From: Sphagnum compactum
Taxonomy: Eukaryota
DNA: 64,000 bases
NCBI GenBank assembly: GCA_965153455.1
Contig: OZ234493.1
Coordinates: 19,458,213 to 19,522,212, forward strand
Reading direction: 5' to 3'
Shown piece after piece: positions 39,745-53,974 of this stretch. The position numbers were made by a program, and so were the translations under genes. Each line of letters opens with the position of its first letter. Positions within the stretch are counted from its first letter, which is position 1. The notes beneath the pieces were generated by a model. The model ran no database searches, was not told the DNA's origin, and saw only the letters and a program-made list of their open reading frames with translations.

Positions 39745-42183
39745 CTAAATTTGGGAAGCAGTAGCCAGACGACTGGCAGGTCGTTGAAGCCCCCTTGAGT
39801 TGGGTGGAGACATTGGAGAGCCCTGTTTAGCCAATTGTTTCCGTTTCTCCTCTCGCTTCATTCTAAGCTCCTGCTCAAGCTCCTCTTTCCAGAGCCTTTG
39901 ACGCTCACTAGAACTCAGACTAGGGCTTGGTAGTGGTTGCTGTGTATCATTAATAAGACCTTTCCATTCATTTAACCTTGCTGACGGAATTTCCAAAAGA
40001 GGGGAACAATTGACACTGGGAGAAGGTGCTCCAGTTCCACTGGGGCTCCCAGAACTCACACTCGTCTCACTCTCTTGGCTGCTTCTGATTCCAATTGACC
40101 TTCCACTGAGACTGCCCGGTGATTTGCTGGGGCTGTGCGTTTGTTGTTTTGCGATAGCAGGGTTCAAAGGTGCAATAAAGCTCTCTGCAGGCCCAGTTGA
40201 TGCAGGAATTTCTGAGCTCCTCATTGAGGTCTCATAAAGTTCCTCATAGAGTGGTGTCTGGAGCCTTTTGAGCTCCAAAGCCTTCTCATCCAAGAAGGCA
40301 CGAATCTTGGATTCTGTCACTTCATCTTCCTCCTGCTGCTGCAGAGACCATCCCCTCTCCCCAAGATTATGCTCACACTCTGGGGTCCCCATGCTTGTGA
40401 GATCTCCATTAGCAACAGGTCCTCCTACAGAGAACCCTCCATTCGCCGTCAGATTAAGCCTCCAGTTGTTGCCATCCACAAATGAGGGCTCTGACACTGG
40501 GTTATAGCTTTCATTCCAAGTATCATGTTGGATAGAATCGAACCTTACAGAGTCCAACCTCACAGAACAATTAAGGTCATCCATGTCTGAATTCCCAACC
40601 CTTCTGGAAGCCCAGTTGATGTTATCAGAATTCTTCACCGAGTATGGGGAGCCTCTGAAAGAAAAGGATGAACCCTTCCCAAGCACCCCTGTTGGCTTCC
40701 AGCTGTCCTGGCCAATCTGTCTCCATGTACCTTTCACAGATTGCAATTCCGTGTTTCCCCTATTTGCCTGCTGCTCCTGCAAATGACCATCAGCTGCTTG
40801 TTGTTGTTGTATGTCCTCAGATCCATCTAATCCTCCTTGAATCTCACAGGTGAGAACAAAGGGATGCTTCAGAAGCTCAGTTGCACTAGGCCTCAGTGTG
40901 GGCTCCCTCTGGAGACACTTGAGGAGAAAATCCTTGCCTTGATGAGAAAGATGCTCAGGGATGGGAGGGTGTGACTTTGTAGTTCCAATGTGGAACAATG
41001 CAGCTACCTCTTGGAACTGCTGGCTCCAGGGAGGTTTGCCGGTCGCCATTTCAATCACAGTGCAGCCAACACTCCACATATCAGCTTGCCAGTTATGACC
41101 TGTCTGACGAATGACCTCAGGAGCCATCCAGTAAGGGGTGCCTTTCATGGACTTGGCTTCAGAGATCGTTGCAAGTTTAACCACCTTTTTGGATGCACCA
41201 AAGTCTGCAAGCTTGATACATCCCTTGTTATCAACCAGTATGTTTGCCCCTTTGATGTCACGATGCATGATATGGTTGCTATGGAGGTACTCAAGACCAA
41301 CCAGCAGCTGTCGTGTGTACATACGAATGACAGGTTCAGTGAAAGAACCAAACTTGCCAAGGAGTGAAGCTATTGAGCCTCCCGGTACAAATTCAAGAAA
41401 GATGTTCAGTGCCTCCTCCTCTCTTGCTGTGCCTAAGTACCGCACAATATTGGGATGTGAAAGGTTTTGCAGCAGCTTCACCTCCTCTTCAAGCTCTCGG
41501 ATGTGTGCCTGTGCCTTCTCCTTTGTGATATTGTTCACTGAGATGCACACCTGCTTCACTGCAATAAGCTCCCCGGAATCGAGATTCAAACCCATATACA
41601 CCCGGCCATAAGCACCTGCAAAAGAGGCAACAACACAAGCACAGCTTACCATCTGACTAGAAGAAGAAGGGAGTCATCTGACATGCATGATTCTGGCACA
41701 GACTGAGGAACAGAAATAGTCATCTCACGGCAGACAGTTTCAGTGGACTCCCAAGGCTGTGAAGAAGAAAGATCTCTCTACAGTCTATTGTGGAGCTTCA
41801 ATGGCGAAGTTACTTGGAGTTCTTCATGGTGCCAAGGACTAAGTCTCGCAAGTAGTACACTCTGAGTAAACTAGGGTTACTGTGGACTAGGAAGCAGCAA
41901 ATCACCATGGCTACACATGGATTTTGGGATGTGATCTTCCATGGGAAAGGCTGGCTGGCTCTTTGCGAAGTACGGGCTGGATTCACAGACCCTAGTATAA
42001 CCTCCTCGACGATGTCAAGTCTTTGGGATGCAAAGAATGGAACAAGCTAATAGCACAGCTTGCTCCGTTTGTTTGTTTTGCAAAACCCTTTGCTATCGAA
42101 ATAAGATACTAACCTGCACCGATGAGCTCGCCCTTCCGCCATCGAATGGCACGAGGACTACCCATCCGCGGAAGCCCCTGCAT
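39745..42183 (-). CDS. NPK1: NPK1/ANP-family MAP kinase kinase kinase with two coding exons (42183-42114 and 41615-39745)
   Basis: Exon 1 MQGLPRMGSPRAIRWRKGELIGA splices (GT-AG, phase 1) to GAYGRVYMG. Full kinase motifs (AVK, HRDIKGAN, DFG, GTPYWMAPE). Family-specific C-terminal ESKIRAFLDEKALELKRLQTPLYEE and WKEELEQEL coiled coil. Confidence 0.95.
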
Positions 42184-42954
42184 TTTGGTTGCTGCTCTCT
42201 CGATTCCAGTTCCGTATTTCTGCAGACTTGCACAACGCCTCCCTGACTGACGCAGTCTAGTTCCAGCACATCAACAACAACTTCTTCATTTCTCTTCTTT
42301 CATTTGTTGTTGTAATAGGAGCAGAAGCGATGGAGATATCCGAAGCCGCCGCCCAACATCAGCTCCCGTTTCTCAAACCCCCACTCAAAACGTAACCTCA
42401 ACCCTCGCCAAAAAAAAAAAAAAACAAACAAACAAAAAATCCACAAATTCAAAAACTCTTACAACCAAACTTCTGAACAAAAATCTGGAATCAAAACCCC
42501 CTTCACATCAAAGAAAAGCACAAACAATGAAGAACTCAGAGCTCCAAAAACACAACCAAAAGTAACAACAAAAGGAAACAGAGGACTTGAGACTCGAGAC
42601 CCCCTTTCAGGACATCCACTGGACCGATTTTTTTGAAATAAAAACGAAACTGGAATTGCATATGAATGTAGATGATACAAGAGCTTTTCTCCGGGAAAAG
42701 GACCAGAGAATCCCTTCCAAAAATTGGGTGATCGTGGAGGAGAGACTCGGAGAGAAGGAAAAAACCGGAGCGACGAGGTGCACGCACTCGGAAGAGCGAC
42801 GGCGCGGGAAGAGACGACGCTTGAAACGCCACGGGTTTGCTCCCAATCACGGGTGTGAAAATCAACCCGCTATTCTCTTGCACCCGGCCCGCCGCCGTAA
42901 CGGCCAAGAGTTTTATCGTAGGTGCCAACGGCTCCCTATAAGATTGGGGCCACA

Positions 42955-43031
42955 TTTGTGGCCTTTTATCCAAGGAGAATACAAATTTTGTGGCCTTTTG
43001 TCCACGGACAAATACAAATTTTGTGGCCTTT
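42955..43031. repeat. About 2.5-3 copies of a 33-bp tandem repeat upstream of the MAPKKK
   Basis: tttgtggcctttt...aatacaaat units. Confidence 0.85.
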
Positions 43032-43062
43032 CGCCCAAAGACATTAAGGCTCGCCCCCCCCA

Positions 43063-43345
43063 CCTTTTTTTTTTCCGGCTGTACATAGCCAAAAGGCGAA
43101 ATTAAAAATTCAAAAGTGCTGAAATAAAGTGTTTTTTGTGATTTTAAATAGCCATAATTCAACCAAAACTTAAGAAATTTTGTCAGATTTCTATACATGG
43201 TTCTATTAGGTAGCCAAAGAATATAGAAGGATTCTGATTTTTTTTCTACTTTCATATCTAGTCTGTAGCCAAATCTGGCTAAACCATCTTATGGATGACC
43301 GCCATTTCAGCTACATCACAAAATTGAAAAAAAAAAAAAACCATG
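43063..43345 (+). mobile_element. Representative of an abundant dispersed repeat with core tagccaaatttggctaaatctt...ggatgat...gctacatcacaaaattgaaaaaa. Other copies near 2030, 3340, 4900, 9135, 15710(-), 29080(-), 55075, 56600(-), 60690, 62470 and 63320(-).
   Basis: Recurring conserved motifs in both orientations with T-rich and A-rich ends, probably a longer relative of the CAGTG MITE family. Confidence 0.8.
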
Positions 43346-46300
43346 GTAGTACCTAGTCACTAATAGGCACTAATAAATTACTTTTTAAAATTGTTGAAAA
43401 TTCTGAAAAAATACATACATGCATAATATGCCAAAATTGAATGGAGTTGTTAAGCACAATTAGCTTTATTATTTTGTATGATGTTGAATTGTAAATTAAT
43501 AATTATTTTTACTGCCAAACATAACTGATGAAAAATAATTAATTATAGGTACCTTGCCCCTGAACCAGCTACGGGTATTATTCTACCATACCTGTGTGTA
43601 TTATAATTTGTAAATACATTCTTTTCAGTAAAAAAAGTCTTAATTATTCCAAATATTGTTGTACCTTGCTTATGTTCATTAGTAAAAAATAATAGTATTT
43701 TACAATTTTAAATTATACAAAATAATAGAGCTAGTGTGCTTGAGAGTTTTTTTTAAATTTCTGACATGGCACGTAGATCATTTTCAGAATTTTTTGGGTT
43801 TATGGTGAGATGCTAGAAAAGTGGGCATTTATATACTCAAGATGGTTAGTCCACAATTTGTGGGCAATTCCCCTTGTTTTGGAGTCTTTTTGGTTCCACT
43901 TCCTCATACACAATACCATAGGTGGGTAGGTAGTTAAGGTAGAAATTAATTAAAAAATGAAGTGTTTAATTAAAAAAAATATTTTTGAAAAAAATGCTTA
44001 ATTTTCAAAATTTTCAAAAAAAATTTCAAAAATTGTTGAGTTATACAAAATAATTGTTTTGGAGGTTATAACATTCAAGTCCCAATAGATTTTAAACAAG
44101 ATAAACAATGTCAAATGCTGCATTTCATATTAAAAAGAAAGACGAACTTCAACACCCACATAACTTTTCTAATGTAAACAATAAAGAGATGACAAACAAA
44201 TAGCATGTTGGAAGTTATTTCATATCATCTAGCATTTATAGTAACTCCAAACAATGTTCATACATCTTTGCATCAATCAACTACATCATTGAAATGTATC
44301 TCATCCTTATCAAGTTCTCCTTTCAACTCTAAATTGTCATTGCAGTTAGGACTCTATTGTTTTTAATGTGCATATCTATCAAGTTGTTTACCTATGCTAT
44401 CAAGTACATTTAAATCAAAATAAATGTTTGAAATATCTTCCGCAACAAAATCCTTTTCCAAGACACTACAAGAATTTTTTTGATCAATTTATGTATTTGC
44501 TTAATGTTTTAAAAAATACCCCCATGTGTTTTTTTTATAAATTTAATCAAAAGTGAGATGGGCTCCAATTTCTTGTTCTACTACCAAACCAATACCCAAT
44601 TCTATTTTCACACACACCCAATAAGTTCATATTTTACAAATAATCAATACATATAAACTTGTCAAGTATGTAGGTATGATAAACCTCTTGGAATCATGGA
44701 TATGAACACATTTATATGTTTTAGAAAGCATTTGCAAATGTGAAAATAAAATTCAAGTTCAACAACTTTTAGTATATCATTGAAGAATGTTGTGCAAACA
44801 ACATTATATGTTTCCTAACTTTTAAGGATGTACACAAGATCACAAATGCTTGTTATCAAGGCCTCAAATGAGTTTTGTTTGAAATAGGTTCATGAGTTTT
44901 GAACATAATGATTATAAGGATTGTTTTGAAAAAATAGCAAATAACTATAGTTTTGGGGGGAGAGTTTTTTACAAGAAAACCTTGTGCGAAGGGATGGTGT
45001 TTTTTGACACATAATATATGTGCAAGGCTTTGTGTTGGGTTTTGAGTTGTGAATTCCATCTTGTTTGTAGTTTCAATTATTTGGTGTTTGGTTTTTTTGG
45101 TGGTTTTTCTTTTTCTTCTTTTACTAGAAAACAAATGGCATGTCAATAAGTTTTGGAACTTTTGCTAAATTGGTGTTGTTACATTTGGGAATTGCAACCA
45201 ACAACTTTTACATTGGCAAGGTTTGTGAAATTACATGTGCTAAAAGATTTGCAAGAATCTTAGGTGTTGTTTATTTGGTTTTCTTAAAAAGTTTGTGGTT
45301 GTAGATTTTTGTAATTGTTTATTCTTCTTGAACACCAAAGTTTCATAATGTAATTGTTATTTTTCTAAGAGTTGCATGGAAAAGTGCATATTCTAATTTT
45401 TAAAAAATAACATCTTATTATTTTTGGGAGCAATTTTCTTGGGTGTTTCATTGTTTGATTTTTTTTCCCCCTACTTTTCAAAAGTGTTGTTTCTTTGTAC
45501 ATTTGGAATTCCTTATGTGTTTTTTTGGCTTGTTCATAAATTGACAAAGTCATGTAGGTTCACATCAATTGAACAAAGTTGTCGAAATTTTGCCATGTTT
45601 TCTTTTTCCCTAGTTTTGTAATGGATCAATGACTATAAAATAATGATATTTCATCCTAATTTAAGACTTGGAAAGCATTGCACACAAAAGAATCACATAA
45701 CCACACAATGTACATACAAATCATTATCATAACCCTGCCATGTCCTTTAAAGGTGTTAAATCGCATATAAGATCTATTCATCATTTTGATTTGAAATCCA
45801 ATGTTTTTACAACAACGTTTCACATTTGATCACACGACATTGTTAAAATCACAAACCAACTTGATATTCATTTTATGGGATTCGTTTTTAGTGATTCATG
45901 GTTTACATGGGGACTTGACCTTTGCTTCGTCAATGTTCAATATGGTCCAACATAACTTTTGAATGATTTTTATCAAAAACATATATTGGCAAATTCATTT
46001 GAATTCTTCTTTCTCTTTGTCATGCATGTTCTTTTAGTAGAATTTCCCATTTATTCTAGGTTCTTAATTTTGAAGTTTCTTTTTCTTTTGTGTGTGAATG
46101 TGCTACTTACATGAATTATTGTTGTAGTTGTTACCAATATGTATAGTGCTTAAAATGTTATGCTTGTTGATAACAAATGATTTGGTCCCGAGAAGCTAAT
46201 GAACGTGAAGACGTCCTTGATGATATTTGTAATTATTTTGAACAATTGTGTAAACAATTGATTGTAAATTGTTGTTTTAGTCTTATCATAGAATTTTCAT

Positions 46301-49300
46301 TATTGCTAGAAAACAATACCTCGTATATTAGATCACCTTGGGATGATTGGCAAACGTAGGCATCTTTATTAATATTACCAAAACAATGCGAGATTTATAC
46401 AAAGACATGAATAAATTACAATGTAAAGTTTTTTGTCCCTCATTGTAGTGTGATATTTCAAAAAAATTCTATGTATTTGGTTTGCCAATCTTTAATAGAA
46501 ATGTGATTTTTATTTGTTTTGGAACAATTTCACTAATGTTGGACTAAAAACTTATTAGTTGTTAAAGTTGTTATGTTGTTGGTGATGATGCGAACATGTT
46601 TCAATCCTTTTTATTCAAATGTGCAACTATGATTATGATTGTCTTATATAAAGGTGTATATATTTTGTGTATGAATTGTTACTTGTAAATGATGTTATTC
46701 AACTTGTCTTGGGAAATTGTCATGCGTCTATCATGTTAGTTGACAAAAATGCAGGAAAGATTTATCTTCATCTTTTGAAATTTTTATTTAGTTTTTTTGT
46801 TGCTTCATGAATAAAAATCTCATGCCAAAACATATTGGGCAAATATATGATAGTTTCACGACAATGTGTGATTTTGCTTCTTTTAGATGAATATATGTTA
46901 TGGTTGTAAATGTTGTAACATAAAGTTAAGGTTCATTTATGTTTTGGTTAGTTGTTTTTGGAACTAAAAAATATGATGAAAAATTACTTTGATGCTTTAA
47001 AATATTATATTAACAATTAGTCAATAAACTAGTAGAAAAAAATGGTAGATAATGAATAAGTTGTTTGAATTCATTGTCATCCCCTTTCTTTTCCATGCAT
47101 GTTCTTTTTGAGCTTTTTCAATGTGTTCATATTTTTAAATATTTCTCTATTATTATTATCCTACTTGGTTTTATGGTGATTTTAATATTTCATTTTTGAT
47201 TCTAAATTCATTCATGGTTGTTGTGTGCTTTTATGTTGGCGCTTACAACTATCGTTGTCATCACACATATAACACATAACATAGAAATGCCCTAAATGGT
47301 GCATCACATCTAAACTTTTTGGTGATTCAAAATAAGACTCATTTGTAACAACACATGAGTTCAAACCCAAATCATAAAAGAAGAACAACAACACTTACAT
47401 AAACATAAAAAAATTGCAAAGCAAAAAACTATGCTTTGGAATTCCAAATCACCAAAAGTGATTTGGGATCACACGACTTGGGATTATATCTCATGAAAAG
47501 CTATCTCGAACCTTGTTCACACTTGAACTGGTTCAAAATAAAATTAACCAACTCACCTAACCCAATTTATCCTTAATTATTTGGGACCTAACTTAGTAAC
47601 TAAACTAACACACATGACATGGTTGTCCAAATTATTTTGTACTTTTTCAAATGAAGTGAAAATGAATGATGTGCTTTAAAATGTAATTGTGGACTTTCAA
47701 CTTTTAAATATTATAATCACAATATATTAAAAATGTAGAAGTACATTTGAACACCATTAATAGGTTTATCAATTTCAAACATACATGTTACATACAAATT
47801 ATTATGTTACCTTTTTTCAAATTTTGTGTTCAACTTATTATTAACTCAATGGACAAATTAATTTTTCTATCTATTTTATGATGTTTTCATTCTATGGTAC
47901 ATAATTTTAAAACATGTCTTAGTTAAAAAGACACATCTCGACATTAAAAGGGGGTGAGGTTACCTTGAACTACCAAAAGTCTTTTGAAAATTAACATTTC
48001 ATATTTGCTAAGCAATAATTTTGGATATAAACATTCAACTTTTGCATACAACAAGCATGCAAAACTCTAGGACTTCATTGCAACAAAGCTCACAATCTCA
48101 TGAGAATTAGTTTAAATAAAACTTGCAAGCACATGAAACTTTTGGACTAATTTGTTGCAATAGAGTTCGCATGCAAGTTCCAGAAGTTATGATTCCAGAA
48201 GAGCTTCAAGCCTTATATTGGGATGAATTCTAAATCAATGAATTTTCATCCAAATAAAGGAAATGAAAAACAACCAATGAAATTGGAAAATAAATTACAT
48301 AATAATTATTCCTTTCATATGATTGAACAAAATTGATGAATTTCGATGGATGAAATGACCCTAACAAAATGCACTTAAATGTCAATGCAAAAATAATTGG
48401 AACAAATGTTTTGAAGGATTAATTTCCATCAAAGAAATTAAAGGCACTTTCAAGATCTATGGATGAACGTGAACTTTTGGATGAATTTTTAAAATTCCAA
48501 TTTCATGGTAATGAATGTGATAACTGTAATGGACCAAATTTAAGCCAACTAAGCTGAATTAGAATAGATGAATGTGCAAATTGAATTTCCAAGGATCAAA
48601 TCTATTTATGACGATTGAATCCAACCTCTATGGATAAAATAATATGGAACACATGTTATTAGAGGAAGTACATATTGCAATCACTAAATTGTGACAACCA
48701 TTCAATGTAAACTTGAGACTCCAAATCGTAGCATAGTCTACCACCAAAAGTTCTATTGTGCACAAGTAAAACATTCCTTGATGTTGGGATGAACATTGCT
48801 TTCGATTCGCACCATGTGTACATGATAATTAAAAGCTACCTTTCTTGTATGTGGGGTTACAATTGCATTTTCAAATAACGTAAAACATCGTCACATTTTT
48901 CCTTTGTATATTTTGGTTCCCTCACTGGGTTGAAGAAATTTTGTTCACTAATGTTGTAATGATGTCGCAGGAACAATAACTTACACAATCTAGAAGGTAC
49001 TCTCCAGCCTGTTAGAGTAACAAAAGTTACCCACCAGCCTGTCCCTCTACAATGTCACTGACACGATGGCACTTTAATCGTCTTATACTTGTGTGTTGTG
49101 AGTTACACATACCTAAATGGCTCATACATGTAGTTTATGTTCTCTTTAGAAAATGTAAGGGATCATAGCTCGCCGAGATTGTCAATAATCCTCAAACTTT
49201 GTCTTGTACCATACATGTCGTTTCTAAAGCCGTAGATGATAGATTGTCCACTTGCAACCACCAAAATCAACCACCAGCTAGCATACATGATCTTGAGCAA

Positions 49301-51244
49301 ATTGAAGACAGTTTATTGGGAAAAAGCATTCACCAAAAGCATTAAGCCTTAAAATGCTAAAAGGAAAAGGAAAATACAGACCCAGGCAAAGAGGAACCAG
49401 ATGTTTAGATTGGTGCCACCACAGCCAATGACAAATCCTGCATACAATACACATGCATAATTGCAGAAAAGAGAAAGATCTTGCAAACTCAGGAAGTGGC
49501 ACAATGTAATAGGAAAGAAAGGTCATCACTAGATCTTGGGATTCCAACAGCTTTACTGTAAGGCCACATCAAACAAATCAAGCAAAGAAGAGATGCAGCG
49601 ACACAAAAAACTGTTGTTGCAGAGAGAGCATTAGGAGCACATGAATAGAGACATGTAATGCTTTCTGTTGCAGAAACTTGTGTACAACCCAGTTCTTTAG
49701 ACAAAGTCAAGAAAACTTACAATCTCCACCAGATAATGTGCACATGACACCCACTCAAACCAGCTGCCCTGCGGTATTTCATATGTATCTGCCTTCTGTT
49801 TGTCTTGTGAGAACAGTTTTGCAATGCCATGAATACCTGTATGTGTTTTCTTTGAGCATAGTGAAGCCTATCACAAAACGAAGGTTAGCCATGAGATGAT
49901 TTTTTGGTTTCTCCCAACCGGATGAGATTCCCATGTTTCTGTGCACAGCATCAATTTAAACAACATGTGGATATTGGAGAGTATGAGATACTATTTTGCA
50001 ACAATGAGATGTATTTTGGACGATGCTGATGCAAGTCCAATTAGTGTGGAGAACCCATGAGGAAGCAAAGACATAAGATGCTGAGGAGATACAATGGGAA
50101 TAGCAAAAAGTGAGTAAACACTCACTAGCAGCATATGACACTGATACTGCTGAGTTCAGCCCAAGAAGAACACAGCCAAGCCAACCCACTGAAACCATTG
50201 CAAGCCCCTTGTAGACTTCATGTACTCCAACAAGGAAATCTGAGTGTTCAACACTGATGGCAATGAATGGTGGAGGCAGGGCAGTGCAAGTCTTTGTAGC
50301 ACAATTGTCTGTAGTGCACTGACATATTCGTTGTCTTGTGAGTGCTGGGTAAACAGAAACTGCATGCCACCCATTAAACTATCAGCACATTTCACTCTAT
50401 TGATGTTCAACAAGTAGGCAGTGATGTGGCTAATCTAAGTACAGATCACTTATTTTTCCAAGGGTTTTCAAGTAGGTATGAGTGCAGAATTCATTGAGAA
50501 ATATTTACACTTCTAGGGCACATGTAAACACCCCTTAGGAGCAGATATTGCACAGGAAAATTGGTGTTGATCATATGGCAGATTGATGAAACAAGTCACG
50601 AGTAATGTGAACTTACGTCAAACCAACAAGATAGCCTGCTAGATGCATCCATGCCAAGGAGCTATAGCTGAAAACATGGCTGCATCATACAGCCTGTGAA
50701 GCATTTCAAGCTCCATCATGGCAAGCAACAGCACTGTGCTCCATGCAGAGAATTAGTGTTCATTTAGGTGTGGAACTGAGGTGACCCCATCTCCTGCATC
50801 CACCAAACCACCACCTGCCCCAGAAAGTGCCAAGAGGCATGTCATCAGATCACTACAGTACCTCTTCCAAACTACAAATCCCACCATTTGTCCATCAACC
50901 CCATTTCAGGGAAGCTAACAAGATTGTTGTGGGGAAAATGACAGTATGCTACATGACAAGACTTTTCTCTCTTGTTTCAGTCACTTCCAAGAAGAGTCAA
51001 ATGCTTGTAAAAGCCCAGAGAAGTGAGCAAGAATATCTGGTCCTATCATATCCATTAAGCAAGTACGCATGCAAAACATGTGGATCCAGACAGCAGCAGT
51101 GCACCTTTAAGAGAGGGGTATGATGATAAGGTGCGCAGATGAGGCTGATATTCTAATTAGAACAAGGGACTTGATTTCAGAGACCCTTGATAAGCATGAT
51201 TCTCAAAATTGTGATTCCAATGAGGGCACTGTTCATCATACCCC

Positions 51245-53124
51245 TTGTGTCCAGGAGGGTATGGTAAGATTGCCAGGGAAGAAGGGAAGAGAGAAAATCA
51301 GCCTGTTGTTGGTGACGCACATGACATCATGGCCATTAGCAGCCAAATCACTCATCAAATGCTTGTTGATGAAGAAGCTATCAGCATTCAGCAAGAAGCT
51401 TGGTTTGTAGTCAAACTGAAGAAAAAATCAAATGAGCACTTGCTTTCAGCTGAAGAACTGGATTCAGGTCATCATGAATTAAGGTCTGACAGTCTTGGCA
51501 GTGCAATTTTGATAGAATCAAGCAATCTTCCAAAGGAGGAAGCACATGACCAAACAATACTAGAAAGGATTGATGATGTAGACAACAACCAAACCATCTT
51601 GGGTGAAGAAGGGTTGCGCAAATCCACTGATACTGAAGCAGCTTTTTCCAGAGAGAAAACAGCTGTTTTGATCAGGGAGGACAACAAGCTTGCAGTGAAG
51701 ACAATAAGAGAGGCAATCAGTGATCCCTATTACTTTTCAGACAGTGATGAACAAACAGCAGATGCCGAGAGCAAGCTAGTCACTGAGAGGGAGTACAGTA
51801 GCCAAGTTGTTGATTCCCTTGGACTGCTTGTAATGTACTCAATTCCCAGGACAGTACATTGTCTTCTTAAGAATTGTGCAGTCATGTTTTGCAGTACTAC
51901 CATGACCCAGTGTCAGGGCATCAGTTCAGGTCAAAGAATGAAGTTATGGAGTATCTGGAAAGGGGAACGCTCAAGAGGGGGCAACTGAAGCCCAAGTCAA
52001 ATTCAAAGCTTTCTGGTCAGAATGTAACAGCAAAATTTCACTCTCAGAGTGCACCTGGCAAACTCCCCAATCAACAGACACTGGAATCTCCATCCTCCAA
52101 CCATTTGTCTGCATGAGTGAAGACTACAGCCGTGACTGCAAAGCCCACTCAACCCAATCAGCCCAGTCTTCCTGCACGTTTTGATCCACCATCTTCAAGG
52201 CCTGGATCCAATCTCTTGCCTCCACCTACAACATGGGCATCAGTGTTGGGATCTTCTTCAACATCAACAAAAATTCAAGAAGAGAAGCAAATGGTTATTC
52301 CCAATGCATCAGCTCAAGAAAATGCTGTGACATCTGCATCAATGACAGTTCAGGAGGAGAACTCATCATTGATCAAGGAGCCTTTAGGCAAGAGTTCAGC
52401 TCAGGTTCATCTCCGCAAGATGCTGACAGAGGAGTCCCTCTTCAAAAACTCATCTGAACCTTCAATCAGGATGGCAAAGCACCAGCCTCCTTTACTGCTT
52501 AGATGGAATGATGAGCAGAACACAGCATGAACCGCTCTTGGCATCCCTGCAGCACCGAGTGCTTCTGGCTTGCAATGTATGAGTCAATCTAGTGCCATTC
52601 TCTTGTTTTTGCAGCCTCTCGAAATTTCAAGCCAGTCAAGATGGCAATGTCCCATTCCCCCTCACATACCCACATTTGCTCCAACTCCAGCTAGCATGCC
52701 TTATCCTGCTCACATATCATCTGTGCCTCTTCCTGTTTTCTGCTCCCATTCCTGTAGTCCCCAATTGCCTGACAGTTCCATTCTCTTCTTCAGCTTATGA
52801 AACAGTGCAACCTTCGGCCTCTTGCAATTGGCTGGCAACTTAGAGACAGAGTTAGTGGGTGCAATTTCAGACAAAGAGTACCTCGTGCACAGGACGGTGG
52901 TGCAGAAGCCACCAACTAAAGTAGCAACAATGAAACAAATGGAGGCCTTGGGGTGTTGGATTTGCCTTGAGTCTCTGCAACAGCCAAAGAAACCAGAGTT
53001 TGCTCTTGCAGATATTTCTGCAAACCTTGAACACCCCGACATGGACTCAGGTATCCAAAGACATTCATCAAGTTTGGTTGTTGAGGATTTGCGGAACACT
53101 CAAATTGAGAATTGGAATGTGTGA
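51245..53124 (+). pseudogene. Methyl-CpG-binding domain (MBD)-like gene remnant
   Basis: After ttgcag at about 51893 the frame reads YYHDPVSGHQFRSKNEVMEYLE, the C-terminal half of an MBD. It continues to 53124 through TGA stops at 52114, 52528 and 52798. An acidic low-complexity ORF lies upstream. Confidence 0.65.
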
Positions 53125-53845
53125 ACCTAGATATAGAAATTGCACTAATTCAAATTGATCTTGAGAGCCTATACTCTTGTTTGTTTTTCTTCATTTTATC
53201 CACAAACAGGTGAAATCCATACTGGGTTGTGAATCTTTATATCCACATTTGCCAACGTAGGTATTTTGTACTCATTTGTAGAGCAACCCATCACATTAAA
53301 TGATATGCAAATCATAATTTGCAAACCATAGATAATTTTTCTTTCTTTATATCCATCTCTCTGTTTCTCTCTTACAATATGATTGTATCAATTACCCTTC
53401 AAACACTTTTTGCAGGTTGTCAAGCCTTGAAGAGTATCAACACAGTAGTTTTGGCCTTTGACGTGTGCGCATTATGACACACATAATGTCAATCTTTTTC
53501 AATAGATTGATGAAGCTAGATCTGTTGCACATAATGCTTCACTGAATGCCACTAATGTATCACTTATGAATGGAACCCGAAAGCTGATGGTGGCCATGGT
53601 GACCACAGCATGCATGCAAGCATAACTAGTTGGTTCAAATCTTGCTTACAACTCTATTCCCAAACTCTCTAATGGGAAATTTCTGATTTAAAACTTACAT
53701 GAAAACTTTTTTAAATGGAAATTGAGGAGATCCTTCAAACAACAATAAAAATAACTTATGAGATTGTAGAGAGTAATTACACAACAAACACATCAATTGG
53801 AAGGTAATATGAGTGTTATCGAGCAACAACCATCACGAATAAATT

Positions 53846-53974
53846 TCTCTGTTTGCTTTCACCAAAATGAGTAGACAAAAAAATCTATTATTGCACAAAG
53901 TAAGGACTTAAATTACTCTGTTTGCTTTCATCAAATGAGTAGACAAAAAATCTATTATTGCACAAAGGAAGGAC
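53846..53974. repeat. Tandem duplication of about 65-70 bp
   Basis: ctctgtttgctttca...atgagtagacaaaaaatctattattgcacaaag occurs twice. Confidence 0.9.

Noticed and set aside
40010-41611. Plus-strand ORFs overlapping the kinase, and minus-strand ORFs over the LRR array
   Set aside because: They are antisense shadows of real coding sequence.
42536-43255. ORFs of 239 aa (-) and 172 aa (+) upstream of the MAPKKK
   Set aside because: They span a GC-rich promoter/5' UTR, a tandem repeat and a MITE, with no recognisable domain.
43400-48900. Genes in the AT-rich block; also possible transposase remnants at 1200-2200, 4050-4490 and 61380-61700
   Set aside because: Only short stop-riddled frames, with no motif I can assign confidently; probably decayed transposons.
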